Positions 38,654 through 49,118 of a DNA stretch of 64,000 nucleotides are shown here, piece by piece (within the stretch, counting starts at the first letter, position 1; every line of letters starts with the position of its first letter). The notes under the pieces are model-generated. The model saw only the letters and a list, made by a program, of their open reading frames with translations. It had not been told where the DNA came from and did not search any database. The stretch is taken from positions 32,001 to 96,000 of IMG/VR virus record IMGVR_UViG_3300035193_000067, one strand, 5' to 3'. The stretch is from a virus. The translations under genes and the position numbers were made by a program.

Positions 38654-41413
38654 CTATTGAAAGTAGAACTTGTAGTTCTGGTTGTCTTTGGAAGAATCTG
38701 ATACAGATCCTTTTCGTTTTTCATTAAGCTCCTTGAAAAGTGTTGCCAAGTTGAAAGGTCTTCTGCTGTCTCCAAAATGCCTGTATACCAACTGTCCGGT
38801 ATCAGGATCTATTTCTCCTGACCATGTACGTACATTATTCAGATTTACTGAGGTAGAAATTTCACTGTTCCAGGTCATAGAATGAGACATTGAAACCGTG
38901 GTACAATAGTAATTACGGTGTCCCCAATATAAAGGCCTGTTTACCATTAAACCAAACTTGGGAGTAGTCGTTATGGACAGATTACGTGCATTGGAATTTA
39001 TCTTATTGAGCTGCAATGCTGAAAATACTGCCGCTTCTTCGTTGGAGTCTATAAAGTACCACATCTCTTCACCTTCAGACTGACGATACCCCAGTGTTGG
39101 AAACAGAGTAGGATCATATACAACAACTTCTTTTCTGTACCCACTGTTCGCATCAGATCTACCCTCAACCCAATTCACCTTAGTACGATAACTCGTAATA
39201 ACCCCATTATCAGTATTAGTGTTTGAATAATCCGATTGTTCGTAAGGTTGTATTGAAAAGCATGACGAATAGTCATAAGGTATATCAGGCTTTTCTGTAT
39301 TATACAGGTTAAACGCCCCGGAATATAAAGAGAGCTCATCATAAAGCAAATTCCAGCTGGCAGTGTCTGCAGAATTAACGTTGGAAAATACTGCATCACC
39401 TCTTCCAAAAAAAGCACTGGTAGTTATGCTGCTAATCTGATCAAGGTTCTTGTCAGCAGGTTTTGCAATAACTGACTTGTTTGCCCAAAAATCTGAAGGG
39501 TTGTAATCATAAAAAGGCATTTCAAAAACAAAGTCACCTTTTGGAGTAGCATAGCAACGCCAGTCAATAGCGTCCGCCAGATCATACAAGTATGAAAGTC
39601 TGTCCTTGAAAGATGAATATACAGACCCTGCTCCGCCGAACGCACGATCAAGAGCATTCAACCCTATTACTGAAGTCAGCCCTGCAGGAGCCATGTAGAA
39701 AACTCTACCACCACCAACAGGGTAGTCCTTTATATTCGTACCAATCTTCCAGATTGCCTGATCCAGAGTAATGTCCTTGCCAGGCTCAACCAGATTAACT
39801 GCATCAACATGCATAGTCTGCAAATCAGAAACACGCACCCTGTGATGCACTACCTCATTCCAATCCCGCAAATCCTTGATAGGAATAGCACCAACGCTGT
39901 TATCTGCTGAATCAGGATCTCCATAAACATAATGATAGATCCCACTGTAGTTACCATTACGCTTAAACGCAATATGACGAGGAGAGGTAACACCTGGGTA
40001 ATCCAGAGAATTTAACTTACCACGCCTTTTAACCCTCAAATCATCAAGAACTTTGTTCTTTGCCACTTCATAGTCAGTAGAGCCTTCCACCAGCTTTACT
40101 CGTGAGTTAATTTGAGCAGACTCAGTACTTGCTGAAATGGATCTGTACCAGTCCTCCAAGGTCATTTTATCACTCTCAAGGAGGTACCTATCCAACTCTT
40201 CTTTGGATAGGTCTTTTAAATTCTCAATCAAAACTGAAGTGGCAGAATCTGAAATATTTGCTGCAGATTTAGAACCGAAAAATATTGACTCAACAATAGA
40301 ATACACTGGAAGATTGCTGAATAGTTCCTTGTCTACAATAACCCCTTGGTTGGTTGCAGTCTGAGCCCCTTCAATTGACGCTATAGGAGCCTCAGACGCC
40401 TCTGTAATACCTGTTCCTATACCTATAGTAGCATAGCGGGCCATCTTTGTTACGTCAGTAAAAGACAGCGTTAAGGTTGATTCCTTATTAACTCCAGAAT
40501 ACTCTGTAAACGTATCAAGGAATCCTGTAAAGCTCCAGTACCAAATTTGAGGATTGAAAGGATCTCTTAATGCCACCCTTACAGGATCATTTGAATTAAA
40601 GATACAGTCACCTGCACTCATTGGGTATTCATAAATTAATTTGTCTTCATACGTCAGAGCATCGTAATTCCTATTATCAGGAACAATATGTACAGTGTTC
40701 TTCATTTTACTGGAGACAACTGCCTGTTTTACCCCAAAAGGTACATCCATCTCAGTAGACAGAACATCAAAGAGACCGCTGTCTGTTATAGGTCTGTCAG
40801 AAACCAGACGCAGTCCTTCCAGTCTCTGACTCAGAGTCAGTGCATCATCTGCATTCAATACCAGAGGATTACCGGAATCATCGGTCATACCTGCAAGAGT
40901 CTGATAAATCTCTTGAGGTGACTTGTATGCCAACCGCTCCACCAGGCTCTGAAGAGTGGCAGGATCTAAAGACTTCCCGCCTAAAGGATATAATGCATCT
41001 TCTCCTGGGAGATCTATGTCAACAGACCATCTGCTGCCCTGCTGATTGACATTTACAGTACCGTTATCAGAGACATACGGATCTACATAAAGATCAATCA
41101 GAGAAGCTTCTATCCCATTAAAACCTGAAGGATTGTCATAGGTGGACGCCAAAGCGTCTTTCCAGGTACCTTGCATCTTCTGCTTAAGTACTCCTATCTT
41201 TCGCATATCTTTATTAGTCAGTATGTATTTATCGTTTGAGTTTGCCAGAGTAATAGAGCATGTGGAAGGAGCTCTCTCCAGGCTGCCGGAGGATTGATTA
41301 ATCCTGATATCAATAATATCTGCAGAAACTTCCTGACCGTAAACAAAAACTCTGGCCTTGGGAAAAGCTACCCTGTTTACAGATCCTCCTAATAAAGAAT
41401 TTACAGAAGTCAT
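38654..41413 (-). CDS. baseplate hub protein (gp27/gpD-like)
   Basis: CSITLAN, FTGFLD, LSFTDVTK, LADAIDWRCYATPKGDFVF, C-terminal 'TVSMSHSMTW..TSVNL'; position after tape measure. Confidence 0.65.
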   Translation of the reverse strand: MTSVNSLLGGSVNRVAFPKARVFVYGQEVSADIIDIRINQSSGSLERAPSTCSITLANSNDKYILTNKDMRKIGVLKQKMQGTWKDALASTYDNPSGFNGIEASLIDLYVDPYVSDNGTVNVNQQGSRWSVDIDLPGEDALYPLGGKSLDPATLQSLVERLAYKSPQEIYQTLAGMTDDSGNPLVLNADDALTLSQRLEGLRLVSDRPITDSGLFDVLSTEMDVPFGVKQAVVSSKMKNTVHIVPDNRNYDALTYEDKLIYEYPMSAGDCIFNSNDPVRVALRDPFNPQIWYWSFTGFLDTFTEYSGVNKESTLTLSFTDVTKMARYATIGIGTGITEASEAPIASIEGAQTATNQGVIVDKELFSNLPVYSIVESIFFGSKSAANISDSATSVLIENLKDLSKEELDRYLLESDKMTLEDWYRSISASTESAQINSRVKLVEGSTDYEVAKNKVLDDLRVKRRGKLNSLDYPGVTSPRHIAFKRNGNYSGIYHYVYGDPDSADNSVGAIPIKDLRDWNEVVHHRVRVSDLQTMHVDAVNLVEPGKDITLDQAIWKIGTNIKDYPVGGGRVFYMAPAGLTSVIGLNALDRAFGGAGSVYSSFKDRLSYLYDLADAIDWRCYATPKGDFVFEMPFYDYNPSDFWANKSVIAKPADKNLDQISSITTSAFFGRGDAVFSNVNSADTASWNLLYDELSLYSGAFNLYNTEKPDIPYDYSSCFSIQPYEQSDYSNTNTDNGVITSYRTKVNWVEGRSDANSGYRKEVVVYDPTLFPTLGYRQSEGEEMWYFIDSNEEAAVFSALQLNKINSNARNLSITTTPKFGLMVNRPLYWGHRNYYCTTVSMSHSMTWNSEISTSVNLNNVRTWSGEIDPDTGQLVYRHFGDSRRPFNLATLFKELNEKRKGSVSDSSKDNQNYKFYFQ

Positions 41414-41417
41414 ACAT

Positions 41418-42215
41418 TTACCCCAAAGGATTCATAAAAACAGAGCTTAAGTTGGAAGATACTGTCGTATAAATTGCATCCATGGAAGGCATGGAAGACA
41501 GTACAGTAAAACCGAAGCTATAACGGACATTAAAAGGAGACGTAGCATCGTCAGTGAAATCAAGAACATTGTTGAAGTGACCAATAAAAGTTACAAATGT
41601 ATTTGCAAAAGCAGGACTACTGTATGAAATAAAGTACTGAATAGGCACTTTGGTGTATGGATCAATCATCGGTTCCCTCGTGAGAGAGTACAAATTGTAG
41701 AAGTTGCTTAAACGGGCAGCGCCTGATACGCTGTAACCACCACCTTTTAACGCCACTGCCAACTGAGTAGAAGAAACACTGCGATTCTCTGCAGCAATGT
41801 TGTTTATCTCGTCTACAGCCTGAGTCTTTTCTCCAGTAATTTTGTTCCAGAGATAACCAAGAGCTTCGGAAGCCCCGTTATTAACGGTACCAAAATTTAC
41901 GCCAATATTACCAGTCTGTCCTGTAAACTCCATACTGAGTATGTCATTGTTCCGACCATCTTTATTTGTCCAATGGTAAAAGACAGATCCTGCCTGAGTG
42001 TCTCTTCTAGTAGTCCTTTTTGCCTGAACAAAATGAACAGAAGAAGGATTCATCAGCATGCTTACACCAGGGATTCCGTTAGCCTGGCGATAGCTTGACG
42101 TGAGGTAGAAAGGTACCCTTATGGACTTATCTCCGTAGGGTGACAATGATCTCTCCAGCACCATGGAAAAATCTGAAACAAGAGTATCTCTTTCAAATGT
42201 ATTAGTAACTGCCAT
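41418..42215 (-). CDS. tail tube initiator / baseplate tube-like protein
   Basis: MLMNPSSV....K, MEFTGQTG, FIGHF...FTDDA.SPF..RYSFGFTV pattern typical of tube-fold initiators downstream of tape measure. Confidence 0.6.
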   Translation of the reverse strand: MAVTNTFERDTLVSDFSMVLERSLSPYGDKSIRVPFYLTSSYRQANGIPGVSMLMNPSSVHFVQAKRTTRRDTQAGSVFYHWTNKDGRNNDILSMEFTGQTGNIGVNFGTVNNGASEALGYLWNKITGEKTQAVDEINNIAAENRSVSSTQLAVALKGGGYSVSGAARLSNFYNLYSLTREPMIDPYTKVPIQYFISYSSPAFANTFVTFIGHFNNVLDFTDDATSPFNVRYSFGFTVLSSMPSMDAIYTTVSSNLSSVFMNPLG

Positions 42216-44989
42216 TATAAACCACTTTCCGTAACAGGAGCCTTAAACGAAGTATCCTCAGATTTGTATAAGTTTTGATCAATCCATTCTTCAGGATTGG
42301 ACACTCTACTCTCTTCAGAGGACTTCTCTCCAACTTTTGACGTATCAACCCCCAACCAAGGGTGTTTTTTCCTGACATCAACATGCACAAAAGGAGTATT
42401 AGTGTAGTAACCAAGACCTCCTTTTTTAGTTCCGTAACCTTTCTCATAGAGAGTTCTAAACACGTCCTCTTTTGACACACCCTCTACTCCCAGATCAAGC
42501 GCTTTACCTGTGGCATGCACGCCTTTATTACCTTCTTCACCCACCCGTTCAGAGCTGTACAACTTGATAGCTTTCCCTGGGTACGCTGCAGCCAATACTT
42601 TCAAAGGTGCCTTTAGTGCAGGATCGAGAGGATCCAATTCCTGACCAGATTCTTGAATTTCCTGCTTTCTTTTCTTAGACATTTCAAGTTCTTTTACCCG
42701 ACTCATCGCATCAGAAGAATCCAAATTGATGTACTGAGATTCCCCTGGTTTCTTTGTGGATTTAAATTTAATTCCAGTTGCTTTATCCCAGTCATCCATG
42801 TAAGACCCTTCATCAAAACCTTCATCATAATCAAGACCGCACCTGGGGCACTGACCGGTTAAGGCCAAATGAATAGATCCTGAGTCATCTACTCCATAGG
42901 ACACTATCTGAAGAGGTTCTGTTCCCTTCCAGTAGTCCATCGCGAGCTTGGCAGGACCATAAGGGTTCCTGGCATAAGCAGCTTTGGCGGCTTCATACTC
43001 AGGTACTTCCACAGAAGCTACAGCAGGACCTGACTGAGGTACGTACACAGTCCTTACAGTTGGAGGAGCTGCTATTACTACACCAGGAGAAGTGCCTCTG
43101 CCAATACCCATATTACTTCTGATAGCTTCCCTGTCTGATACAGCTGCCTTATGGGTATCTATCGACAAATCTGTACTGAATGCACTCTTAAGGTTTTTGA
43201 TGGACTGCCCAAAAGCGTCCCCCATCAAAGAGATACCTGCATCAACCAAGCCTTTAAACCCACGCTCAATCAGATCTGTTGAGGATTTGGTATTACCTAC
43301 CGTCTTTTCTATCGATCTTATAATTGCATCACGACGGGCAGATCCACCTTTTTCAAAAAACGTCCCAAACATCTCCGGGACATATCTCCAGAACAAAATC
43401 ATCTTGGACAGAGCATTTGCAACAAGACCCATTAAACCCATTCCTATATGAGAAATATGCTTCATCCACTTATTCATATCTCTTTCCCACTGAGTTCTTT
43501 TTTGAGCCTCTGTCTTATAAGAGTTTCTAAGATTTTTAAAAGCTTCTTTAGAAGCCTCGGCAGCCTTTTCCTTAGCTTCACTGGATTTTGTTGGATCCTT
43601 CTCTATAAGACTGTTTTGATAAACTTCCCAAGCTAAAGTAGCTCCTTCAGCACTCATTCCTATATCTGACTGCTGGAGTTTATGTTTAGTAGTATATTCG
43701 TCTTTAAAATACTCTACGAACTTTTTAACAACACCAGTAACAAATTTTTGAAGAGCTTCCGGATCCCCTTTATTCTCAGACAGACGAGACCAAGTCTCTT
43801 GAAAATTAATTAACGCCTCTAACCCAGTTCCCATACCCAAACTCTCAGCAATCTCAGTTTTCCACCCTTCAGACATCCCTTGAATACCTGAAGAGATTCC
43901 TTTTATGCCTTTGTTGATTAACGCAGCTCCTATAAATTTAGGGATATACAGACTGTCAAAATGTTCCTGCATATTAGCCATAAATTCTGCAGTAGTTTGA
44001 ACATTGAATCCCAGTTTCTCTGTTTCTACGGAAGCGTCTTTGACAGATTCATAAAATTTGGAATAACCAAGACCTGTTGTAGTACCCAGTACAAGAGATC
44101 TGTTCAGGTAATCGGTAGACTCCTTCAAAGACATCCCAAATCTGTGCTGGTTATCAACCATGTCTCTGGCAGTTGATCCTCCAGCAATGTTAAGCAGCTT
44201 GTCAACGCCTAACGAGAGAGTGTGGAAGTTTTTTCCAACTAAACCAAGGTCTCTATCTGCAGACTGACTCCACTCAGCAGTAGCTATACCGCCTTTAACC
44301 ATTTCTGAAAGAGCTGCCTGATATTCCTGTCTGCTGATTCCGTAGAACTTCTGAAGAGATTCCTGTACTGCTGCTACAGTTCTCTGAGCCTTTCCCTGCA
44401 GCTTCTTTAAATGCCCATCTGACGCCATTACCAGAATGTCTGATACTTCACCAGCCTCAGCCTGTAAACGCTGTCTCTCGGCAACACCATAAGCGATTAG
44501 ACCTATAAGACCAGCACCTACAGCACCAAGAACAGGAAGTTTCAAAGAGTTAAGAAAACCCTTTAATTTAAATTTTACAGACTCAACCTCTTTATTAGGC
44601 TTACGTTTCTCTTTCTTGGGAACTTTCAGCTGCTTTCTTTTATCAGAGTTCTTCTTGTCCTTTAGATCTCCGGAAACTGCAGAGAAATGATCAGACAATT
44701 TATTAACAGATTCAGAAAACTTGTCCACTTCAGGAGTACTGATGGAAGACATTGTGTCGAGGATAGAATCAACTTTAGACATCTGTTCCATTACGGTATC
44801 AGCAAATGAAGAAACTTTATGTAGTTCATCCTGTGAAATTACACTCTTCATCAGTTCCGTTAATTTCTCTGTCTGCAGGTAGATGCTGTTAAAGTACTCA
44901 TCATTCTGACGTGATAAATCAGAAAGAACTGCCCCTGTACTGGACAATAAGTACTTCATCTCCTCAAGTTTTTCCAGATCAACTATCAC
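42215..44989 (-). CDS. tape-measure-like protein 2 with C-terminal peptidase M15-like (YcbK/DUF882-type) domain
   Basis: Long helical body with hydrophobic Gly-rich segments; C-terminal S..R...GVHATGKALD...GGLGYY....FVHVDVR Zn-peptidase motif. Confidence 0.75.
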   Translation of the reverse strand: MIVDLEKLEEMKYLLSSTGAVLSDLSRQNDEYFNSIYLQTEKLTELMKSVISQDELHKVSSFADTVMEQMSKVDSILDTMSSISTPEVDKFSESVNKLSDHFSAVSGDLKDKKNSDKRKQLKVPKKEKRKPNKEVESVKFKLKGFLNSLKLPVLGAVGAGLIGLIAYGVAERQRLQAEAGEVSDILVMASDGHLKKLQGKAQRTVAAVQESLQKFYGISRQEYQAALSEMVKGGIATAEWSQSADRDLGLVGKNFHTLSLGVDKLLNIAGGSTARDMVDNQHRFGMSLKESTDYLNRSLVLGTTTGLGYSKFYESVKDASVETEKLGFNVQTTAEFMANMQEHFDSLYIPKFIGAALINKGIKGISSGIQGMSEGWKTEIAESLGMGTGLEALINFQETWSRLSENKGDPEALQKFVTGVVKKFVEYFKDEYTTKHKLQQSDIGMSAEGATLAWEVYQNSLIEKDPTKSSEAKEKAAEASKEAFKNLRNSYKTEAQKRTQWERDMNKWMKHISHIGMGLMGLVANALSKMILFWRYVPEMFGTFFEKGGSARRDAIIRSIEKTVGNTKSSTDLIERGFKGLVDAGISLMGDAFGQSIKNLKSAFSTDLSIDTHKAAVSDREAIRSNMGIGRGTSPGVVIAAPPTVRTVYVPQSGPAVASVEVPEYEAAKAAYARNPYGPAKLAMDYWKGTEPLQIVSYGVDDSGSIHLALTGQCPRCGLDYDEGFDEGSYMDDWDKATGIKFKSTKKPGESQYINLDSSDAMSRVKELEMSKKRKQEIQESGQELDPLDPALKAPLKVLAAAYPGKAIKLYSSERVGEEGNKGVHATGKALDLGVEGVSKEDVFRTLYEKGYGTKKGGLGYYTNTPFVHVDVRKKHPWLGVDTSKVGEKSSEESRVSNPEEWIDQNLYKSEDTSFKAPVTESGL

Positions 44990-47358
44990 GGAGTTCGCCC
45001 CACTCTTCTCTGATTGCGTATCATGTCAGACTTGTCAAGGTCTCCTGCATTTATTACTGCAGTTACTCCTTTTTTTACCTTCTTAGATAGACTATCTTTT
45101 GAGACAGATCCTTTCATCGTAGGACCTTCCCATCTTTTTGCAGAATCATATGCCACGTCAGTAGCTTTCTGTCTCTGTTGTTCCCGAGCCTTAACCGCAC
45201 TATCTGATAAAACACCTGTCTTGTTTAGCACAACATCTGCAAGAAACTCTACCCGATCAGTCAAGGATCTCATTAGCATATCTCTCTCTGTCTGAGAGCT
45301 CATTAGGTTGTCTACAGCCTCTTTAGTATCCTTTACGGTGTTCCACATGCTTGTCCAGTTTACAGATCCTACATCAGCTGTAGCAGCCCTCTTAATACTA
45401 CCTAACTGGTCAATTATAGAGATCGTATCACCTAATGCTGAAGCAACGTTTTTGTAACCTTCAATGATCTTAGAAACAGCATCAGACATTCCTTCAAAAA
45501 AAGTGCTTTGAGTCTGCCCTATCTTATCAATGTTCCCAAATGCAGCGTTACGATCTTCCTTGGATGCAGTGGGATCTAAAGCAGTTACTGCTGCATGAAC
45601 CAATGGAGGAATCGACCTGATTCCCAGTATTAAAGTTGCCAGGATATTTGATACCAGATTAAGAAGACCTTCACCCACCTTGGCAAGTCCATCGATAAGA
45701 TCTCTCTGATTCTTCTGGAGCTGTGTTAATTGCGATCCTTCAATGTTAAACGTCTGTTTCCACTGCTTTTCCTGTTCAGGGGTCATAGGAGCCAAACCTT
45801 CAGGTGTTCTGTTGGCATTGTAGTAATCAACAATACCTTGAGCCTGTAGACTGCTTAAGCCGTAGCCACCTTTAAGTATATGCTTTCTATCGTATACACT
45901 CTTAGCCCCTGCGGTTGCGTCTGTATTAAGCCATTCAATTAAACTAAGCAGTGCTCCTGAAGATTCTCCACCTCCTTGCAAAAAAAGCTCCTCCATTCTT
46001 ACAAGAGCTTCATGACCTTTTGTTGAATAATCTTTTCCTTGTTTTTTCTTAAAGTAATAAATAGCAAAAGCCTGCTTCTGAGACTCGCTCATACCCCCAA
46101 AAACACCGCCCATTCCTTCAGTGACCTTCGCAGATAAAGCTCCTGCCTGAGCCTCTCCCATACCCATATCTTCATAAGTTTTCTTCAACCCCTTCATCAC
46201 AGACGCTACTTCAGACATATCAACCCTATACTGCATCAGCGATGATTGGCCTGACAGTATTGAATTAACAAACTTGTCCATAGACATACCAGATCGTTGA
46301 GCCTCATAATTAAGCATCTTCAGTTGCTCAACAGCCCCTCCGATAGTACCTCCAAATTCCTGTACAAGTTTATCCGCCTGCTTTATCGTAGTACCGGCAG
46401 CCTGGTTGAATGCTTTATCGAGTGCTAAGGATTGTGTAAGAATGTTTGCATTAACATCCGACACAGACTTGTTAAAGTCAGACATTGACAACTCTGCAGC
46501 GTGTCCTCCTTTAACAATAGCCTCCATAACAGACTGGATCTCTTTACGCCCGATCCCGTAATGGTACTGAGCCTTCTCCTGAAAATTGGAAGCCCATTTT
46601 ACAGCCTGTTGAGATGTCTTCTCAAAGAGGTTTCCTGCCGCCTCATACGCGTTAGCCATCTCCCCTCTCTGAGCACCCTTGCGCTGCCTCTCCTGAACAC
46701 CCATCACCATGGAGCTTATCAAAGCTAAAGCACCCATACCCAAGAAACCAGTGCCGAGAGCTCCCCCACTAAAACCGCTGAGCATCCCACTTATTTTTGA
46801 CTTGGCAGTTTTAAGCTCTTTTACAAGATATCCCCCAATTTTCTTGGCAGAGTCTTTCCAGGACTTTTCAGCCTTCTTTGATTCTTCTATGGCTTTTTTG
46901 GCAGCCCTGCTAACAGCCTCTGCAGTAGCTAAAGACTTCTGCAGCTCTTCAACGTTCTGAGCACCACCTGAGATACTAAAATTAAAACCCTGACCACCTG
47001 CCGCAGCACCTGCAGGAACGTTGGATCCGTTTGATTTCAGATTAAAATCACCAAGAACTTTTAACTGATTGTGAAGACTTTTTGCATTACTGTCAATTTC
47101 TGAAAACAGCTGGGAAGATGTCTCAAGTCTGGAGAGAAATGAAGTATAAAAAGTATCCAGCTTTGAATAGGAAGAATCCAGAGCTGATGAGATATTTACC
47201 ACCTTGTTTTCGATATCTGTCAAGGAAGTGTTAATATCTCGGGATGTCTGCTGTACTCCGGAGGTGAATACACTGTATGCAGCCTGGAGCTCTGCCATCT
47301 GCCTGGTGAGCTCCTGTACATCGAACGAAAGAACGTATTGAGTATCTAAGTCTGCCAC
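44986..47358 (-). CDS. tape-measure-like protein 1
   Basis: 790 aa helical, Ala/Gly/Ser-rich, two hydrophobic segments; directly after tail chaperones. Confidence 0.75.
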   Translation of the reverse strand: MADLDTQYVLSFDVQELTRQMAELQAAYSVFTSGVQQTSRDINTSLTDIENKVVNISSALDSSYSKLDTFYTSFLSRLETSSQLFSEIDSNAKSLHNQLKVLGDFNLKSNGSNVPAGAAAGGQGFNFSISGGAQNVEELQKSLATAEAVSRAAKKAIEESKKAEKSWKDSAKKIGGYLVKELKTAKSKISGMLSGFSGGALGTGFLGMGALALISSMVMGVQERQRKGAQRGEMANAYEAAGNLFEKTSQQAVKWASNFQEKAQYHYGIGRKEIQSVMEAIVKGGHAAELSMSDFNKSVSDVNANILTQSLALDKAFNQAAGTTIKQADKLVQEFGGTIGGAVEQLKMLNYEAQRSGMSMDKFVNSILSGQSSLMQYRVDMSEVASVMKGLKKTYEDMGMGEAQAGALSAKVTEGMGGVFGGMSESQKQAFAIYYFKKKQGKDYSTKGHEALVRMEELFLQGGGESSGALLSLIEWLNTDATAGAKSVYDRKHILKGGYGLSSLQAQGIVDYYNANRTPEGLAPMTPEQEKQWKQTFNIEGSQLTQLQKNQRDLIDGLAKVGEGLLNLVSNILATLILGIRSIPPLVHAAVTALDPTASKEDRNAAFGNIDKIGQTQSTFFEGMSDAVSKIIEGYKNVASALGDTISIIDQLGSIKRAATADVGSVNWTSMWNTVKDTKEAVDNLMSSQTERDMLMRSLTDRVEFLADVVLNKTGVLSDSAVKAREQQRQKATDVAYDSAKRWEGPTMKGSVSKDSLSKKVKKGVTAVINAGDLDKSDMIRNQRRVGRTP

Positions 47359-47969
47359 TACTTAATCCGGAAGGTTGAAGATCTCCTGCGCTCCCCTTCC
47401 ACTACGGAAGGATTACTCTCATTTAGTATATCATCCTTTTGGTTCATAGGCTTAACCATATGCTTAAGAATTTCCTTATTCTCGAATGATTCCCATTTAA
47501 GTTTCTTTTCAAGCTCTTCAGGATCATCGGGGAATATCAAATCATCATCCTGCATAAACTCGTCAAGCTCTTCAGGAGTCATCATAACAATCTTGCCTGA
47601 CTCTTCCTTCTCTTCAAGCTCTTCCTGCTTCTGCAGCTCTGCATGAGATTCAGCCACTTTACTAAGTACTGCATCATTTCCGCAAAGAAACGCCAGAGGA
47701 GTTATTTCATTCTCGTCAGGCTTACGCAGTCTGGTATAAGTGTTACCCTCTTCATCCACAAGACTCTCTTCAACAGGTATGGTATTTAGACCCAACATGT
47801 CTATAAGAGAATTACGAGATACTTTCATGATCGAAGAAATATCCTCATACTTCCGCTTGTCTCGCTCAACCAAACCCAGCAGCTCAAAGTTCCACTGAGT
47901 GGAATTCATTCTCTGAGCTGCAGGATCACTGATTAAAATTCTCTTACGTGAAAGAACTTCAGATTTCAC
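47358..47969 (-). CDS. tail assembly chaperone, frameshift extension (gpT-like portion)
   Basis: Its frame is open upstream to the slippery site at 48056-48062, in the -1 frame of the preceding ORF. Confidence 0.75.
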   Translation of the reverse strand: MKSEVLSRKRILISDPAAQRMNSTQWNFELLGLVERDKRKYEDISSIMKVSRNSLIDMLGLNTIPVEESLVDEEGNTYTRLRKPDENEITPLAFLCGNDAVLSKVAESHAELQKQEELEEKEESGKIVMMTPEELDEFMQDDDLIFPDDPEELEKKLKWESFENKEILKHMVKPMNQKDDILNESNPSVVEGERRRSSTFRIK

Positions 47970-48013
47970 ACGTATGGTGGAACAGATTTTTGGCCATTCC
48001 GGAAAAGTTTCAT

Positions 48014-48550
48014 TCAGCTCTCTTCCGTACTCTTCTCCGAACTCTCCGGTAAGGACTTTTTTACGGATGCCTGCATATCATTCTGTCGCTTCTGAAGCTC
48101 TCCCCATTTTGTATACAGATCATTCAAAAATGTAGAAGGTTGCTGCCCAAGCCATTCATAGAATAATTTGCAAAGTAAGTATTTTCCTTCAAAACCATCA
48201 TACGGAGACAGGAACTTACTCAACTCATCCTTTTCTTCCTGCTTAAGAGTCTCGAAGTGATCGTAGTACCGGGTACGTTTACTGAGAATCTCATCAAGAT
48301 CCTCCTGAAAGATTTCTTCAATGCTGCACCCGTTAATGCTGCGGATACCTACTGCGAGAGTTGCAACACGGGCTGTCAACGTAAGAGTGACTGTATTCTT
48401 GCTGTCTATGATATTGTATGACCAGGCAGCCTCTGAGTCAGTGAGAAGTTTCATCTCATAAGATCTGCCATTAATCTCGTAAGTTTCACACAACAACTGT
48501 CCCTGCAGTTCTGCATTCAGATCCAGTAAAATTTGCTTGGCTTTTGACAT
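48014..48550 (-). CDS. tail assembly chaperone (gpG-like)
   Basis: Between tail tube and tape measure; carries A-AAA-AAG near its 3' end. Confidence 0.78.
   Translation of the reverse strand: MSKAKQILLDLNAELQGQLLCETYEINGRSYEMKLLTDSEAAWSYNIIDSKNTVTLTLTARVATLAVGIRSINGCSIEEIFQEDLDEILSKRTRYYDHFETLKQEEKDELSKFLSPYDGFEGKYLLCKLFYEWLGQQPSTFLNDLYTKWGELQKRQNDMQASVKKSLPESSEKSTEES
48056..48062 (-). other. programmed -1 ribosomal frameshift site A-AAA-AAG
   Basis: GTA AAA AAG in frame 0; -1 frame reads KVLTGEFGEEYGRELNETFPEWPKICSTIRVKSEVL with no stop into 47358..47969. Confidence 0.85.
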
Positions 48551-48658
48551 TATTCAAGCCTCCATCTGTCTTTAGATTGTCAATGTTTCCTGAAAATATA
48601 CTAATTTCCAGATAAGGTTACTTACTATAAGGAGAGAGTTTGAGGAAATTTCCGAGGA

Positions 48659-49108
48659 CTAGGAAACTCTGTACTTTTTAACGTACATGAGAGATGCATT
48701 AACTTTAGTAATGCGATCCCCTTGAGCAGAGTGGTTACGGCCAAGAGAAGTGAACCAGCAGCCTGAGTACACCCATACCTCTGGAGTCCCGTTAGGTTTA
48801 AGCCATTTTTCCTGAATCTGTATAGGGTTGGTCTGATCAGTAAGCATCTGAATAGAAAAGTCAGGTCCCCACACATCTTCCATTTTGGAAGTATACAGAT
48901 CATAGCGATTGACAGTAATATTCAATCCTGTGATATTACCAGGAACGTTCTCATAAACTTCACCGGATGTAGCAGAATTGAGCTCATACGTATGAGTAAC
49001 AGTTCTGTTCTGTTGAGGGTTCCAATCCTGTATCTGACCAATTGTCTTACCGCTCACCCTAATGGATAGAGCATGATCAGTTCTAGTGGCTGTATTTGGC
49101 AAAGGCAT
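48659..49108 (-). CDS. tail tube protein
   Basis: 149 aa directly after sheath; IGQIQ.W, VYENVPG, WVYSGCWFTS pattern. Confidence 0.85.
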   Translation of the reverse strand: MPLPNTATRTDHALSIRVSGKTIGQIQDWNPQQNRTVTHTYELNSATSGEVYENVPGNITGLNITVNRYDLYTSKMEDVWGPDFSIQMLTDQTNPIQIQEKWLKPNGTPEVWVYSGCWFTSLGRNHSAQGDRITKVNASLMYVKKYRVS

Positions 49109-49118
49109 TTATATCTCC

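Noticed and set aside
48577-48582. TTGACA upstream of the tail chaperone as a sigma70 -35 element
   Set aside because: No matching -10 hexamer at 16-18 nt; that position falls on the RBS.
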